From positions 12,573-76,572 of the forward strand of contig CAIYUV010000236.1 of the NCBI GenBank assembly GCA_903929475.1: 64,000 nucleotides of DNA, written 5' to 3'. Both the position numbers and the translations under genes were made by a program. The notes beneath the pieces are model-generated. The model was not told where the DNA came from and did not search any database. It worked only from the letters and a program-made list of their open reading frames with translations. Below, piece by piece: positions 18,115 through 26,884 of the stretch. How positions within the stretch are numbered: the first letter of the stretch is position 1; every line of letters starts with the position of its first letter. The DNA is from an uncultured Spartobacteria bacterium (lineage in GTDB: Bacteria; Verrucomicrobiota; Verrucomicrobiia; Chthoniobacterales; Chthoniobacteraceae).

Positions 18115-20439
18115 CTACTGCTTTTTCCGGGTGCAGCCGATGAAGACGATGGCGAGCGAGACGAGTGAACTGGCGGGCATGAGGATGGCGGCCATGAGTG
18201 GGTTCATGCGGCCTAAAAGACACAGGGCTATGGCGACGGCGTTGTAGGCGATGGCGAAAGCGACCACGCACTGCGCGGTGCGGCGACGGGTCGCGGCGGT
18301 GTTAAAAAGGGCGCGGATGCCGTTGAGGTCGCGACCGAGGAAGTAGAAATCGGATTTTTGTTCCAGCAGGCCGCGATCGATGGCGGGCGTGCCGGTGCAC
18401 CAGGCTTTATCGAACGCGAGCGAGTCGTTTGCGCCGTCGCCGATGTAGAGAGTGTCGCGATGGTCGTTGCGGGTGATCCATTCGGCTTTTCCCTCGGGCG
18501 TCATTCCGGCGTGGCAGTCGGTGCGCGAAAGGTGGAGGCGATCGGCCATGGCATCCACTTTCTCACGGCGGTCGCCGCTGAGGATGGAGACGCGGCAGCC
18601 TTGCTGGCGAAGCGTGGCGATTTCCTCGACAGCATCCGCGCGCGCTTCTTCGCCGAAATGGAACGCGGCGAGCACTTCGCCGTTGCGGCTGAAAACGCAG
18701 TCGCCCTTCGTGCCGCCAGCCCACTCCGGACGTCCGAGTCTCCAAACTGCGCCGCTGTGTTGGACTTCCAGGCCGAAGCCGATGGTTTCGGTGACTGCTG
18801 CGCACAATGCCGGCTCGACTCCATCAGCGAGCAGTTGCTCGCGCAGGCAGCCGCTCACGGGATGCGGGTTGATTTGCACCATCGCTAGCAGCACTGCGCG
18901 CTCTTCGGCGGTGAGAAGGCGGAGCACTTCGGGATTGAGCAGCGTCATCGCTTCGAGGGTCAGCGTTCCGGTTTTGTCGAAGACGACATGGCGGACTTGC
19001 TCCAGCTTCGTCCACACTTCTCCTTCGCGGATGAAGACGCCAAGCCGTCGGAGCTGTGAAGTGGCGAGGTCGCGCGTGAGCGGAAGCGCGACGCCCGAGG
19101 CGCACGGGCACGAAACGACGAGCACGGAAATGAGCACCTGCATCGCCGGGAGCATCCCGCCGCCGATTGCGAGCCATGCAAAAAATCCCCCGAGTGCGAG
19201 CGTGACGGCGACGATGATGTAGGCGCGGATGAAGCGCTCGAGCGCGATGTTTCTTGGCGCAGCGCCGGGCGTGATGCGTAGGAGTTTTGCGAGCAGCGAT
19301 TCGCTCCACGGCTCCATCGCTTCGAGTTCGATGGGGGATTGCCCGCAATTCACCGAACCGGCTGCGATAGTGCGTCCGCGCCGCGCGGTGGTCGCTTCGC
19401 TTTCCCCGCTGATCCACTCCATGCCAAGCGTGGCACCCTCGGAGCACAGGCGTGAGCAAACCGGGACGATTCCTCCCGCTTCGACGAGGAACGTGTCGCC
19501 ATTGACGATCTGCGTGACGGGCAGTTTTTCGCCGGATGTGCGCCGCACGGGAGCCGGGTCCGCTTGCGTCGCGAGGAGTTGTGCGCGATTGCGCTCGACG
19601 GCCTTTTGCTGAAGCCAGCGTCCGGCGAGCATGAGGAAGACAAACGTGGAGACGAAATCGAAATAGACGAAACTGTGCGCACCTTTTCCCCACGCGTAAA
19701 CGGATCCCAGCCACGCTGCGGCGAGCCCCATCGAAATCGGCAAATCAATATGCAGCACGCGCTGTCGCAGGCTGAGCCACGTCCGCGTGAAAAAATAGCT
19801 ACCCCCGATGATGAACGAGAGCGTCCCGAGGATGAGTGTGAGTTTGTGAAAGAGTTTCGCGAATGCGAAATCGTCGCCCATTCCGCAATAGCGCGGCAGC
19901 GTGAACAACATCGTATTCATCGCGAGCGCGGCACAGATGCCGAGGCGAATCACGAGCGCGCGATTGGTCGGTGCGTCGTTGTTGCCGGGAGGGCCGACAA
20001 GGTAGCCGAACGATTGCAGTTCGCGCGCAAACGCGACGACATCAAACACGCCCGGCTGCCAGCGAAGTGTGATCTGCCCCATCGTGGAATCCACGCGGAT
20101 GCTGAGTCCGCCCGCTTTGCGTGAGAAGAGCGTTTCGATGAGCCACACGCAGCCGATGCACGAGAGGCCTTGCAGCCCGAGTTGGAGCACGACATCGGGG
20201 CTTTTCTCGACGGCGCTCACGAGTTCCTCCAGCCACGTGTAGTCTCGCTTTTGGAAAACCAGCGGCTTCACCGGTTGCACGCCGCTTTCCTGCAAATCGT
20301 AGAATTGTCCGAGGCCGTTCTTCGCGATCAGGTCGTGGACAAACTGGCAGCCTGCACAACAAAAATCCGGGCGGTGCTCCGTGGGGCGAAACGCCACGCC
20401 ACAATGGATGCAAGTGCGTTGGTCAATGGCAGCACGCAT
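18115..20439 (-). CDS. ccoI: copper-translocating P-type ATPase of the cbb3 cluster (CcoI/FixI)
   Basis: N-terminal Cys-rich domain (CIHCGVAF...FCCAGCQFVHD), CPC motif (VVSCPCASG), phosphorylation site VVFDKTGTLT, hinge YIGDGANDS. ATG at 20439 (the track uses the TTG at 20484). Confidence 0.85.
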   Translation of the reverse strand: MRAAIDQRTCIHCGVAFRPTEHRPDFCCAGCQFVHDLIAKNGLGQFYDLQESGVQPVKPLVFQKRDYTWLEELVSAVEKSPDVVLQLGLQGLSCIGCVWLIETLFSRKAGGLSIRVDSTMGQITLRWQPGVFDVVAFARELQSFGYLVGPPGNNDAPTNRALVIRLGICAALAMNTMLFTLPRYCGMGDDFAFAKLFHKLTLILGTLSFIIGGSYFFTRTWLSLRQRVLHIDLPISMGLAAAWLGSVYAWGKGAHSFVYFDFVSTFVFLMLAGRWLQQKAVERNRAQLLATQADPAPVRRTSGEKLPVTQIVNGDTFLVEAGGIVPVCSRLCSEGATLGMEWISGESEATTARRGRTIAAGSVNCGQSPIELEAMEPWSESLLAKLLRITPGAAPRNIALERFIRAYIIVAVTLALGGFFAWLAIGGGMLPAMQVLISVLVVSCPCASGVALPLTRDLATSQLRRLGVFIREGEVWTKLEQVRHVVFDKTGTLTLEAMTLLNPEVLRLLTAEERAVLLAMVQINPHPVSGCLREQLLADGVEPALCAAVTETIGFGLEVQHSGAVWRLGRPEWAGGTKGDCVFSRNGEVLAAFHFGEEARADAVEEIATLRQQGCRVSILSGDRREKVDAMADRLHLSRTDCHAGMTPEGKAEWITRNDHRDTLYIGDGANDSLAFDKAWCTGTPAIDRGLLEQKSDFYFLGRDLNGIRALFNTAATRRRTAQCVVAFAIAYNAVAIALCLLGRMNPLMAAILMPASSLVSLAIVFIGCTRKKQ

Positions 20440-21031
20440 GGAGCGGAAGTGTGGCGCGCCAGACGAGCACTCCGGCAGAGCCAAAGGCGAGCGCCTGCTG
20501 CATCCATCGCGCTGCTTTGGGAGACAGGCTGTGTTGTGCGCGCAGTGCGCGTGTCTGGATCAAAAGCGGTAGAGGGATGGTGCCCGCCGCGAAGCACGCC
20601 ATGTGCAGCGCACCGCTCCACCATGTGCCGGTGAGCGCAGCCGCGCCGAGCATGAGCCAGAGCGGGCCGCATGGCAGGAGTGGCGTGAGCCAGCCGAGCG
20701 AGCGATTCAGTTTCGCACGAAACAGCAGTGTCTTCACAAAACGCGGTTGTGGGATTCGTTTTTCCAAACCAAGCCCGAGCACGATCAGCACAGCGGCAAA
20801 TGCCCACGGGACGATGCGCGCCGTGCTGCCTTGGAGGAAGGAGGAGACCACTTGTCCTGCTGCGCCACACAGCGCGCCAGCGAGCATGTAGGAAGCGAAA
20901 CGCGTCGCGTGATATTCGGTCGGGCGCACACGCATCGCGCACGCGAGCGGGCCGCACATTGCGGTGCAATGCACGCTGGTCGCAAGTCCGGCGACCAGAG
21001 CCGCCATGGGGGTGGCGATGTTAGTGTCCAT
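20423..21031 (-). CDS. TauE/SafE / DsbD_2-type membrane protein
   Basis: 202 aa, polytopic. Has HCTAMCGPLAC and a second PLLPCGPLW motif. Position between ccoG and ccoI is typical of cbb3 clusters. Confidence 0.7.
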   Translation of the reverse strand: MDTNIATPMAALVAGLATSVHCTAMCGPLACAMRVRPTEYHATRFASYMLAGALCGAAGQVVSSFLQGSTARIVPWAFAAVLIVLGLGLEKRIPQPRFVKTLLFRAKLNRSLGWLTPLLPCGPLWLMLGAAALTGTWWSGALHMACFAAGTIPLPLLIQTRALRAQHSLSPKAARWMQQALAFGSAGVLVWRATLPLHACCH

Positions 21032-21146
21032 TCGTGACCGGCACGTCCGGCTGTTTGTTGCGCACGGCGATGACCACCATCGTGATGATGCCCGTGATGA
21101 ACACGACGTTTGCGATGATGAGCCAAATCCAGGGTCTTTGTTTCAT
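21021..21146 (-). CDS. 41-aa single-TM protein (possible FixH-like anchor only)
   Basis: MKQRPWIWLIIANVVFITGIITMVVIAVRNKQPDVPVTNGH. Its ATG overlaps the ccoG stop (ATGA at 21143-21146), and its 3' end overlaps the next ATG by 11 nt. Below the size cutoff of the ORF track. Confidence 0.4.
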   Translation of the reverse strand: MKQRPWIWLIIANVVFITGIITMVVIAVRNKQPDVPVTNGH

Positions 21147-22525
21147 GGGATTACGGGCCCGAGGAAGGTGCCCTGTTTTTCTATGGTGGTGCCTTTGTCT
21201 GAAATGAGTCGGAAGCGCAGCGGGATCTCTGCTTTCAAATCTGCGCGCGGAATCGTGAGGACAATCGTGCGGATTTCCTCGCCCAGCGGACTGACGGCGA
21301 TGCCGCCCTCAGCGCCGCTATAATGCAGGCTCTGCGGTCCGTCGGCGATTTCGAGTTGGAAAGTGACGGGCGTGTTTCGCTTGTTCAGCACGCGCACGAA
21401 AAACTGATTCCGCACCACGCCGCCTTCGACGATGTAAGGAACGCCTGTAACCCGCGTGAGGCCCATGGACGCGGATTTGAGCGTGGATGTGGCTATCGTC
21501 AGCGCCGTGGCACCGAGGATGGCGAGGATGCTGTAGAGCACGATGCGAGGGCGCAGCCAGCGGGTGCGTTTGCCATCGAAGCCGTGGCGCGAATCGTAGC
21601 GAATCAGACCGTGTGGGCGTTCGAGTTTGTCCATCACCGTATCGCAGGCATCAATGCACGCCGCGCAACCAATGCACTCCATTTGCAAGCCCTGGCGGAT
21701 GTCTATTCCCGTGGGGCAGACTTGCACGCAGCGGAGGCAGTCCACACATGCTCCCGCGCCGACCGTGCCTTTGTGTCCGCGAGGTTCGCCGCGTTTGGCA
21801 TCGTAGCCGACGACCATCGAATCGCTGTCTATGAGCGCGGACTGCAAGCGTCCATAGGGACACAGCACGATGCAGAATTGTTCGCGAAACCACGCGAGGT
21901 CGAACCACAGCGCCCCGGAAATCAGGAAGACGAAAGCGAATGCGCCCCAGTGCTCGCCGGGAGCGTGCGTCATCATTTTGTAGAGCTCTGGGAGCGAGAC
22001 AAAATACGACAGCAGCACGTGGCTGAGAAGCAGCGCGAAGAGTGCGTAGAGTAAGTGCTTGGAAAAACGGCGGACTGTTTTGTTGAAGGTCCACGGAGAG
22101 GTGTCGAGTTTGCGGCGCGTAGGAGCATCGCCTTCGCACAGGCGCTCGATGCGGCGCGCGATATCGAGGAAGACAGTCTGCGGACAAGCCCATCCGCACC
22201 ACACACGGCCGAGCAGAGCGGTGACGTAGAAAAGACAAAAGCCGAGACCGCTCAGCACGAAGAACATGACCCACACATCCTGCCCGACAAACGTCAGACC
22301 GAAGTAATGAAACTGTCTGTGCGCGACATCGAGATAGAGGGCCGGGTTGCCGTTGATCTGAATCCACGGCATAGCCACGTAGAGCGCGGTAAGTGCGATT
22401 GCGAAAATCGCCTTCCAGCGGGTGAAGCGCCCGCGCACCGCCGAAGTGTGTATAAAGCGCCGTGATCCGTCTTCGTTGATAGTCGTAACGGACTCCAGCG
22501 ACGGACGTGGCGGTGTTTCAATCAT
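21143..22525 (-). CDS. ccoG: cytochrome c oxidase accessory protein CcoG/FixG
   Basis: 460 aa. CGWACPQTVF and two 4Fe-4S motifs (CVDCLRCVQVCP, CIGCAACIDACD). Confidence 0.88.
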   Translation of the reverse strand: MIETPPRPSLESVTTINEDGSRRFIHTSAVRGRFTRWKAIFAIALTALYVAMPWIQINGNPALYLDVAHRQFHYFGLTFVGQDVWVMFFVLSGLGFCLFYVTALLGRVWCGWACPQTVFLDIARRIERLCEGDAPTRRKLDTSPWTFNKTVRRFSKHLLYALFALLLSHVLLSYFVSLPELYKMMTHAPGEHWGAFAFVFLISGALWFDLAWFREQFCIVLCPYGRLQSALIDSDSMVVGYDAKRGEPRGHKGTVGAGACVDCLRCVQVCPTGIDIRQGLQMECIGCAACIDACDTVMDKLERPHGLIRYDSRHGFDGKRTRWLRPRIVLYSILAILGATALTIATSTLKSASMGLTRVTGVPYIVEGGVVRNQFFVRVLNKRNTPVTFQLEIADGPQSLHYSGAEGGIAVSPLGEEIRTIVLTIPRADLKAEIPLRFRLISDKGTTIEKQGTFLGPVIP

Positions 22526-23130
22526 TGCGCAGGAGGCGGCGGGACGACACCAGCGGGCGGCGTCCAGCCGGCAACCACTATAATTTCCTCACCCGGATGG
22601 TGGTGAGCCATGATGTAGGCGACGACTTCGGCGATCTTCTGTTTTCCGAGCACCGGCCCCCACGGCGGCATTCCTTTTGCGAGAACTCCTTCGGTGATCG
22701 TCTTGAGCGAATCCATCGGCTTGCCGCCGTGAATCCATTGATTGTCCACGAGGTTCGGGCCGATGAGGCCGGTCATGTCGGGCTTGTGGCAGACGGCGCA
22801 GGTCGTGTCGAAGGTGGCTTTACCGGCTGAGAGCACTTGCACATCGTGGCTCATTTTCCACAGAAGTTCGTCGGTGATTTCGCCGGATTTGTTCGCGGCA
22901 GCAGCGGCGTTCGCGGCCATCTCGGCTTCGAGTGCTTTGGCCGGCGGTGTGCCGATTTCGTAGGCGTGGTAGTAGCCCCAGTAGGCGACGGCAAAAACCA
23001 TCGCTCCGTAGAGTGTCAGCAGCCACCAGCGTGGCAGGCGTTTGTCGTATTCCTGAATGCCGTCGTAAATGTGCGGGCGAAGCGAATCATCGAGCGGCGT
23101 GTCGTTTGGTTGTTTAGCGGGTTCTGTCAT
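22522..23130 (-). CDS. ccoP: cbb3-type cytochrome c oxidase subunit III, mono-haem form
   Basis: FixP_N-type N-terminus (HIYDGIQEYDKRLPRWWL), one TM, and a single CAVCH haem c site. Confidence 0.8.
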   Translation of the reverse strand: MTEPAKQPNDTPLDDSLRPHIYDGIQEYDKRLPRWWLLTLYGAMVFAVAYWGYYHAYEIGTPPAKALEAEMAANAAAAANKSGEITDELLWKMSHDVQVLSAGKATFDTTCAVCHKPDMTGLIGPNLVDNQWIHGGKPMDSLKTITEGVLAKGMPPWGPVLGKQKIAEVVAYIMAHHHPGEEIIVVAGWTPPAGVVPPPPAQ

Positions 23131-23290
23131 GGTCGTCGTTTTCGAGTGGCAGGTTTTCCAGATGGGAGACGGTCTCGCGCGGGATGCGGCGGACCCGGAT
23201 GAGATTGATGATGAAGACGGTGAAGAAGAGCGTGATGCTCACGGCGCTGAGCAGTCGCTGCCATTCTTCGACGAGGATGCGGTGAAACAT
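23114..23290 (-). CDS. ccoQ: CcoQ/FixQ-like small subunit
   Basis: 58 aa: MFHRILVEEWQRLLSAVSITLFFTVFIINLIRVRRIPRETVSHLENLPLENDDHDRTR. One TM plus an acidic LPLEND tail as in FixQ. Starts 6 nt after the ccoNO stop codon and overlaps the ccoP start by 17 nt. Confidence 0.5.
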   Translation of the reverse strand: MFHRILVEEWQRLLSAVSITLFFTVFIINLIRVRRIPRETVSHLENLPLENDDHDRTR

Positions 23291-23296
23291 AGGTCG

Positions 23297-25621
23297 TTAG
23301 TTAGCTGCTGTTTTTGGTGTCTCGGCGTGCGTCACTTTTTCTGCCTTGCCGAGTTTTTGGAGGTAGGAAATGAGTGCGACGATTTCGCGTTCAGGCGGGA
23401 CTTCCGCACCTGCGGTCTTTAGCTCCGCAGCGATGGCGGCGGCCTGTGTGTCACACGCTTGCTGTATCTCGACATCGGTCATCGGGCCGTAGGGCACGCC
23501 GATTTTCCGCTGCACGGCGATTTTGTTCGGGAGCGCGGCGGTGTCGGTTTTGTCCGTGAAGAGCCACGGGTAGTCGGGCATCGTCGAACCGGGGCTGATT
23601 TGCCGGGGATCGCGCATGTGGAAAAAGTGCCAGGAGTGCGGGTATTTGCCTCCTTCACGGGCGAGATCCGGGCCGATGCGTTTCGAGCCCCATTGATACG
23701 GATGATCGTAGATGGACTCGCCGAGTTTCGAGTATTCGCCGTAGCGCAACACGTCGCCGACGAGAGTGCGGATTTGCTGCGAATGGCAGTTGTAGCAGCC
23801 TTCACGAATGTAGATGTCGCGGCCTGCGAGTTCGAGCGGGGTGTAGGGAATCTGGCGCATCCCTTCGATGCTCGCACCCGTGTTCACCATCACGGTCGGG
23901 ATGATTTGCACGAGACCGCCGATGAATACCGACACGGCGGTCAGCGCAGTGAACGGCACTGCATTTGCCAGCAAGCGTTCATACCAGTCGTTCCATCCGG
24001 CCTTCGAAAACTCGAAGCTCATGCTCATGATCGCCGCCGTGGCGATGAGCCCGAAGATGCAGAATGAACTGCCTGCACCGGGGAGCGCGCCCCATCCCGC
24101 CGCGAAGACGATCAGCAGTGTGGTGTAGATGACCGGCGCATTGATGAAACCGCCGCCGAGCCCCATGCCTGCTGATTTTTCCGGAACGTAAACCTCGACG
24201 CTGCCGTTGACGATTTCCGCACCGCGTGCGGTTTTCCATACGTTCCAGGCGAGCATGACGAAGCCGACGAGATACATCAGTCCGCCGAGTGCGCGGATGT
24301 GCATGAGCATCTTTGTAGAAGTGACTACTTCGATGAAATTCGGATACGCGAGCACCGTGCCCCCTTCTTTCGTCGCGCCGAGCATCAGGCCCTGCGTGAT
24401 GCCCGAGACATACATCGAGGCCATGTAGATTAAGATGCCCACGGTCCCGAGCCAGAAGTGCATGTTCGCAGCACTGGTTGAATGCAGCGGGCGTTTCCAC
24501 AGGCGCGGTGCGAGCCAGTAAAACATTCCCGCAGCCATGAAGCCGTTCCAGCCGAGCGCGCCGCCGTGGACGTGCGCGATGGTCCAGTCTGTGTAGTGCG
24601 AGAGCGCATTCACCGAACGGATGGACATGAGCGGCCCCTCGAATGTCGCCATGCCGTAGAAAGTCACAGCGGCGACGAAGAATTTCAGCACCGGCTCGGT
24701 GCGCAATTTATGCCACGCTCCGCGCAGTGTGAGCAGGCCATTCAACATTCCGCCCCACGATGGCGCCCACAGCATCAGCGAGAAAATCATCCCCAGCGAC
24801 TGGAGCCACACGGGCAGTGAAGTATTCAGCAGATGATGCGGCCCGGCCCAGATGTAGATAAAGACGAGCGACCAGAAGTGAACGATGGACAGCCGATACG
24901 AATACACGGGCCGCTCCGCTGCTTTCGGCAGAAAGTAATACATGATGCCGAGGATTGGCGTGGTGAGGAAGAAGGCGACGGCGTTGTGCCCATACCACCA
25001 TTGAACAAGCGCGTCCTGCACGCCGCCGAAGATCGGGTAGCTGTGCGTCCAGCTCGTGGGAATCGAGAGATGGTTGACGATGTAGAGCATCGCTACGGTG
25101 ATGATAGTCGCGATGTAAAACCAGATCGCGACATAGAGCGTCGGCTCGTTGCGACGGGCAAGCGTCCAGAAGAAGTTCACCGCGAAGACGACCCAGATGA
25201 GCGCGACAGCGATGTTGATGGGCCAGATCAGCTCCGCGTATTCCTTTCCGCGTGTGAGCCCGAGAGGAAGTGTGATCGCCGCTGCGACGATGATGAGCTG
25301 CCAGCCCCAGAAATGGATCCGCGACAACAACTTCGACGCGATGCGCGCCTTTACAAGCCGCTGCGTGGAGTAATAGACGCCGGCGAACATCATGTTGCCG
25401 ACAAACGCGAAGATGACCGCGTTCGTATGCAGCGGGCGCAGTCGCCCGAAAGTCAGCCACGATGTTTTGAAATTCGCCTGCCATACGCCGAGTTGCGTAG
25501 CCACTAGGACGCCTACGAGCATCCCGATGATGCCCCAGAAAATAGAGGCGATCATGAACTGCCGGACTGGCGTGTCGTCGTATTCGATGCGTGTTTTTGT
25601 TTGAGTGGTTTCAGTGCTCAT
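23297..25621 (-). CDS. ccoNO: fused cbb3-type cytochrome c oxidase subunits I and II (CcoN-CcoO)
   Basis: 774 aa. The N-terminal ~480 aa are polytopic haem-copper oxidase (HFWSLVFIYIWAGPHHL, TDWTIAHVHGGALGWNG). The C-terminal part has an extra TM, the CcoO haem site CYNCHSQQIR and the tail. Confidence 0.92.
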   Translation of the reverse strand: MSTETTQTKTRIEYDDTPVRQFMIASIFWGIIGMLVGVLVATQLGVWQANFKTSWLTFGRLRPLHTNAVIFAFVGNMMFAGVYYSTQRLVKARIASKLLSRIHFWGWQLIIVAAAITLPLGLTRGKEYAELIWPINIAVALIWVVFAVNFFWTLARRNEPTLYVAIWFYIATIITVAMLYIVNHLSIPTSWTHSYPIFGGVQDALVQWWYGHNAVAFFLTTPILGIMYYFLPKAAERPVYSYRLSIVHFWSLVFIYIWAGPHHLLNTSLPVWLQSLGMIFSLMLWAPSWGGMLNGLLTLRGAWHKLRTEPVLKFFVAAVTFYGMATFEGPLMSIRSVNALSHYTDWTIAHVHGGALGWNGFMAAGMFYWLAPRLWKRPLHSTSAANMHFWLGTVGILIYMASMYVSGITQGLMLGATKEGGTVLAYPNFIEVVTSTKMLMHIRALGGLMYLVGFVMLAWNVWKTARGAEIVNGSVEVYVPEKSAGMGLGGGFINAPVIYTTLLIVFAAGWGALPGAGSSFCIFGLIATAAIMSMSFEFSKAGWNDWYERLLANAVPFTALTAVSVFIGGLVQIIPTVMVNTGASIEGMRQIPYTPLELAGRDIYIREGCYNCHSQQIRTLVGDVLRYGEYSKLGESIYDHPYQWGSKRIGPDLAREGGKYPHSWHFFHMRDPRQISPGSTMPDYPWLFTDKTDTAALPNKIAVQRKIGVPYGPMTDVEIQQACDTQAAAIAAELKTAGAEVPPEREIVALISYLQKLGKAEKVTHAETPKTAAN

Positions 25622-25779
25622 GAGTCAGTTTTTAAAGAAGGTGCAGAATCGGGTTCGAGAGGGAGAAGGGCATCGCGTTCGCTCGATGATTGCGAACCAC
25701 ATTCCGTGGCGATCCACAGCACCACGAAGAAAATCACGAGCAGCAGCCCGACAAAGATGGTCAGCGCCAGAACGTTCAT
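25618..25779 (-). CDS. ccoS: CcoS/FixS-like assembly protein
   Basis: 53 aa: MNVLALTIFVGLLLVIFFVVLWIATECGSQSSSERDALLPLEPDSAPSLKTDS. ATGA overlaps at both ends (25776-25779 and 25618-25621). Position directly upstream of ccoNO. Confidence 0.55.
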   Translation of the reverse strand: MNVLALTIFVGLLLVIFFVVLWIATECGSQSSSERDALLPLEPDSAPSLKTDS

Positions 25780-25970
25780 TGAGCAGCCGCCTCCGTCTTT
25801 TCGCTGTCAGCGACGGGCGCGACCGGCGTGGGATTTTCCGCCGCCGTGTGTGCGCGAGCGGCGTGCTCCGCCTCCTCCTGCTCGTGGTGATGTTCTTCCT
25901 TTTCGCCGCAGCGGCAATTTTCGCAGCGTCCGCAGGAAGTTGTTTTTGGTTGAGTTGGTTCTATTGCCAT
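25776..25970 (-). CDS. Cys/His-rich 64-aa protein heading the cbb3 operon
   Basis: MAIEPTQPKTTSCGRCENCRCGEKEEHHHEQEEAEH... Its stop overlaps the ATG of the ccoS-like ORF. Confidence 0.45.
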   Translation of the reverse strand: MAIEPTQPKTTSCGRCENCRCGEKEEHHHEQEEAEHAARAHTAAENPTPVAPVADSEKTEAAAQ

Positions 25971-26091
25971 CGCTGCGGACTATGCATGAATGGCCGTCGG
26001 CTGGCTCAACGTCGCTTGGCAAAGAGCCACCCTCCATTGCTTTGCAGGCGCGCTCTTGCTGCGAATGGCGTGTGCTGGATAGAGTGCGCCC

Positions 26092-26823
26092 ATGAAGGTT
26101 TTGTTGCTCGCATTTTGCGCAAGCTGCGCGTTCGCCGGGGCGGGGGAGCGCGAGCGGCCTTTGATGCGCGATTTCATCGGACAGAATGTGGACGCGGCCC
26201 AGCCGCTCCAGCCGTCGCGTGTGATGCGCAGCTACCCGGAAGACCCTGCGACGAAGTGGCTGGAAAATTTCCGGCAAATGCAGAAATCGCGCGCAGAGCA
26301 CGCGCCTGCGAAGGAACTTTGGGAGACTGATTTTGGTTTCGATACTCCGGGTATCACCGAGGAACAGCGGGCGACGTGGACGGCGCGCGCCTTTCTATTG
26401 CTCGCGGGCTTTGGCGTGGATCGGGCGCATTTTGTTTCCCCAAAAGATGCCGGCGAGTCACAGATCCACGGCATCGCGCCAAATCACCAGCCGGAACCTG
26501 TGTTTCACGCGCTGGCGTGGCTCCGGCGCTCACTTGGCGATTACCGTTTTGCTCGCGTAGAGCGTGAGGATGCCGGGGACTGCTTTTGTTACGAATTCAT
26601 ACACAGCACTGATGCTAAAAAGAGCATCTGGGCGATTTGGAAGCCCGCAGGCGACCCGCTGGTGGTGCGTCTTTTTCACGATCCCTTGCTTGTCACGCGC
26701 GCCGAACGGATGCCACTCAAAATCGGAAATGCGGAGGTAGCGAACGTGAAATTGGAGATCGAAGGCTACTTCGCGATCGAGGCGGGCGAGCGACCGATCT
26801 TTGTGTGGCTAGATGAAAAATAA
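26092..26823 (+). CDS. hypothetical exported protein
   Basis: 243 aa with signal-like MKVLLLAFCASCAFAGA. No family recognised. Confidence 0.55.
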   Translation: MKVLLLAFCASCAFAGAGERERPLMRDFIGQNVDAAQPLQPSRVMRSYPEDPATKWLENFRQMQKSRAEHAPAKELWETDFGFDTPGITEEQRATWTARAFLLLAGFGVDRAHFVSPKDAGESQIHGIAPNHQPEPVFHALAWLRRSLGDYRFARVEREDAGDCFCYEFIHSTDAKKSIWAIWKPAGDPLVVRLFHDPLLVTRAERMPLKIGNAEVANVKLEIEGYFAIEAGERPIFVWLDEK

Positions 26824-26884
26824 GTGAAATCGCTGATTTACTATGGACGCCATTATCACCCTTCGGATATAAGCGATCGCAGTA

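Noticed and set aside
25971-26091. FNR/FixK box (TTGAT-N4-ATCAA) or sigma-54 promoter upstream of the cbb3 operon
   Set aside because: I read both strands of the 121-bp leader and found no acceptable match. Regulation cannot be inferred from the sequence.
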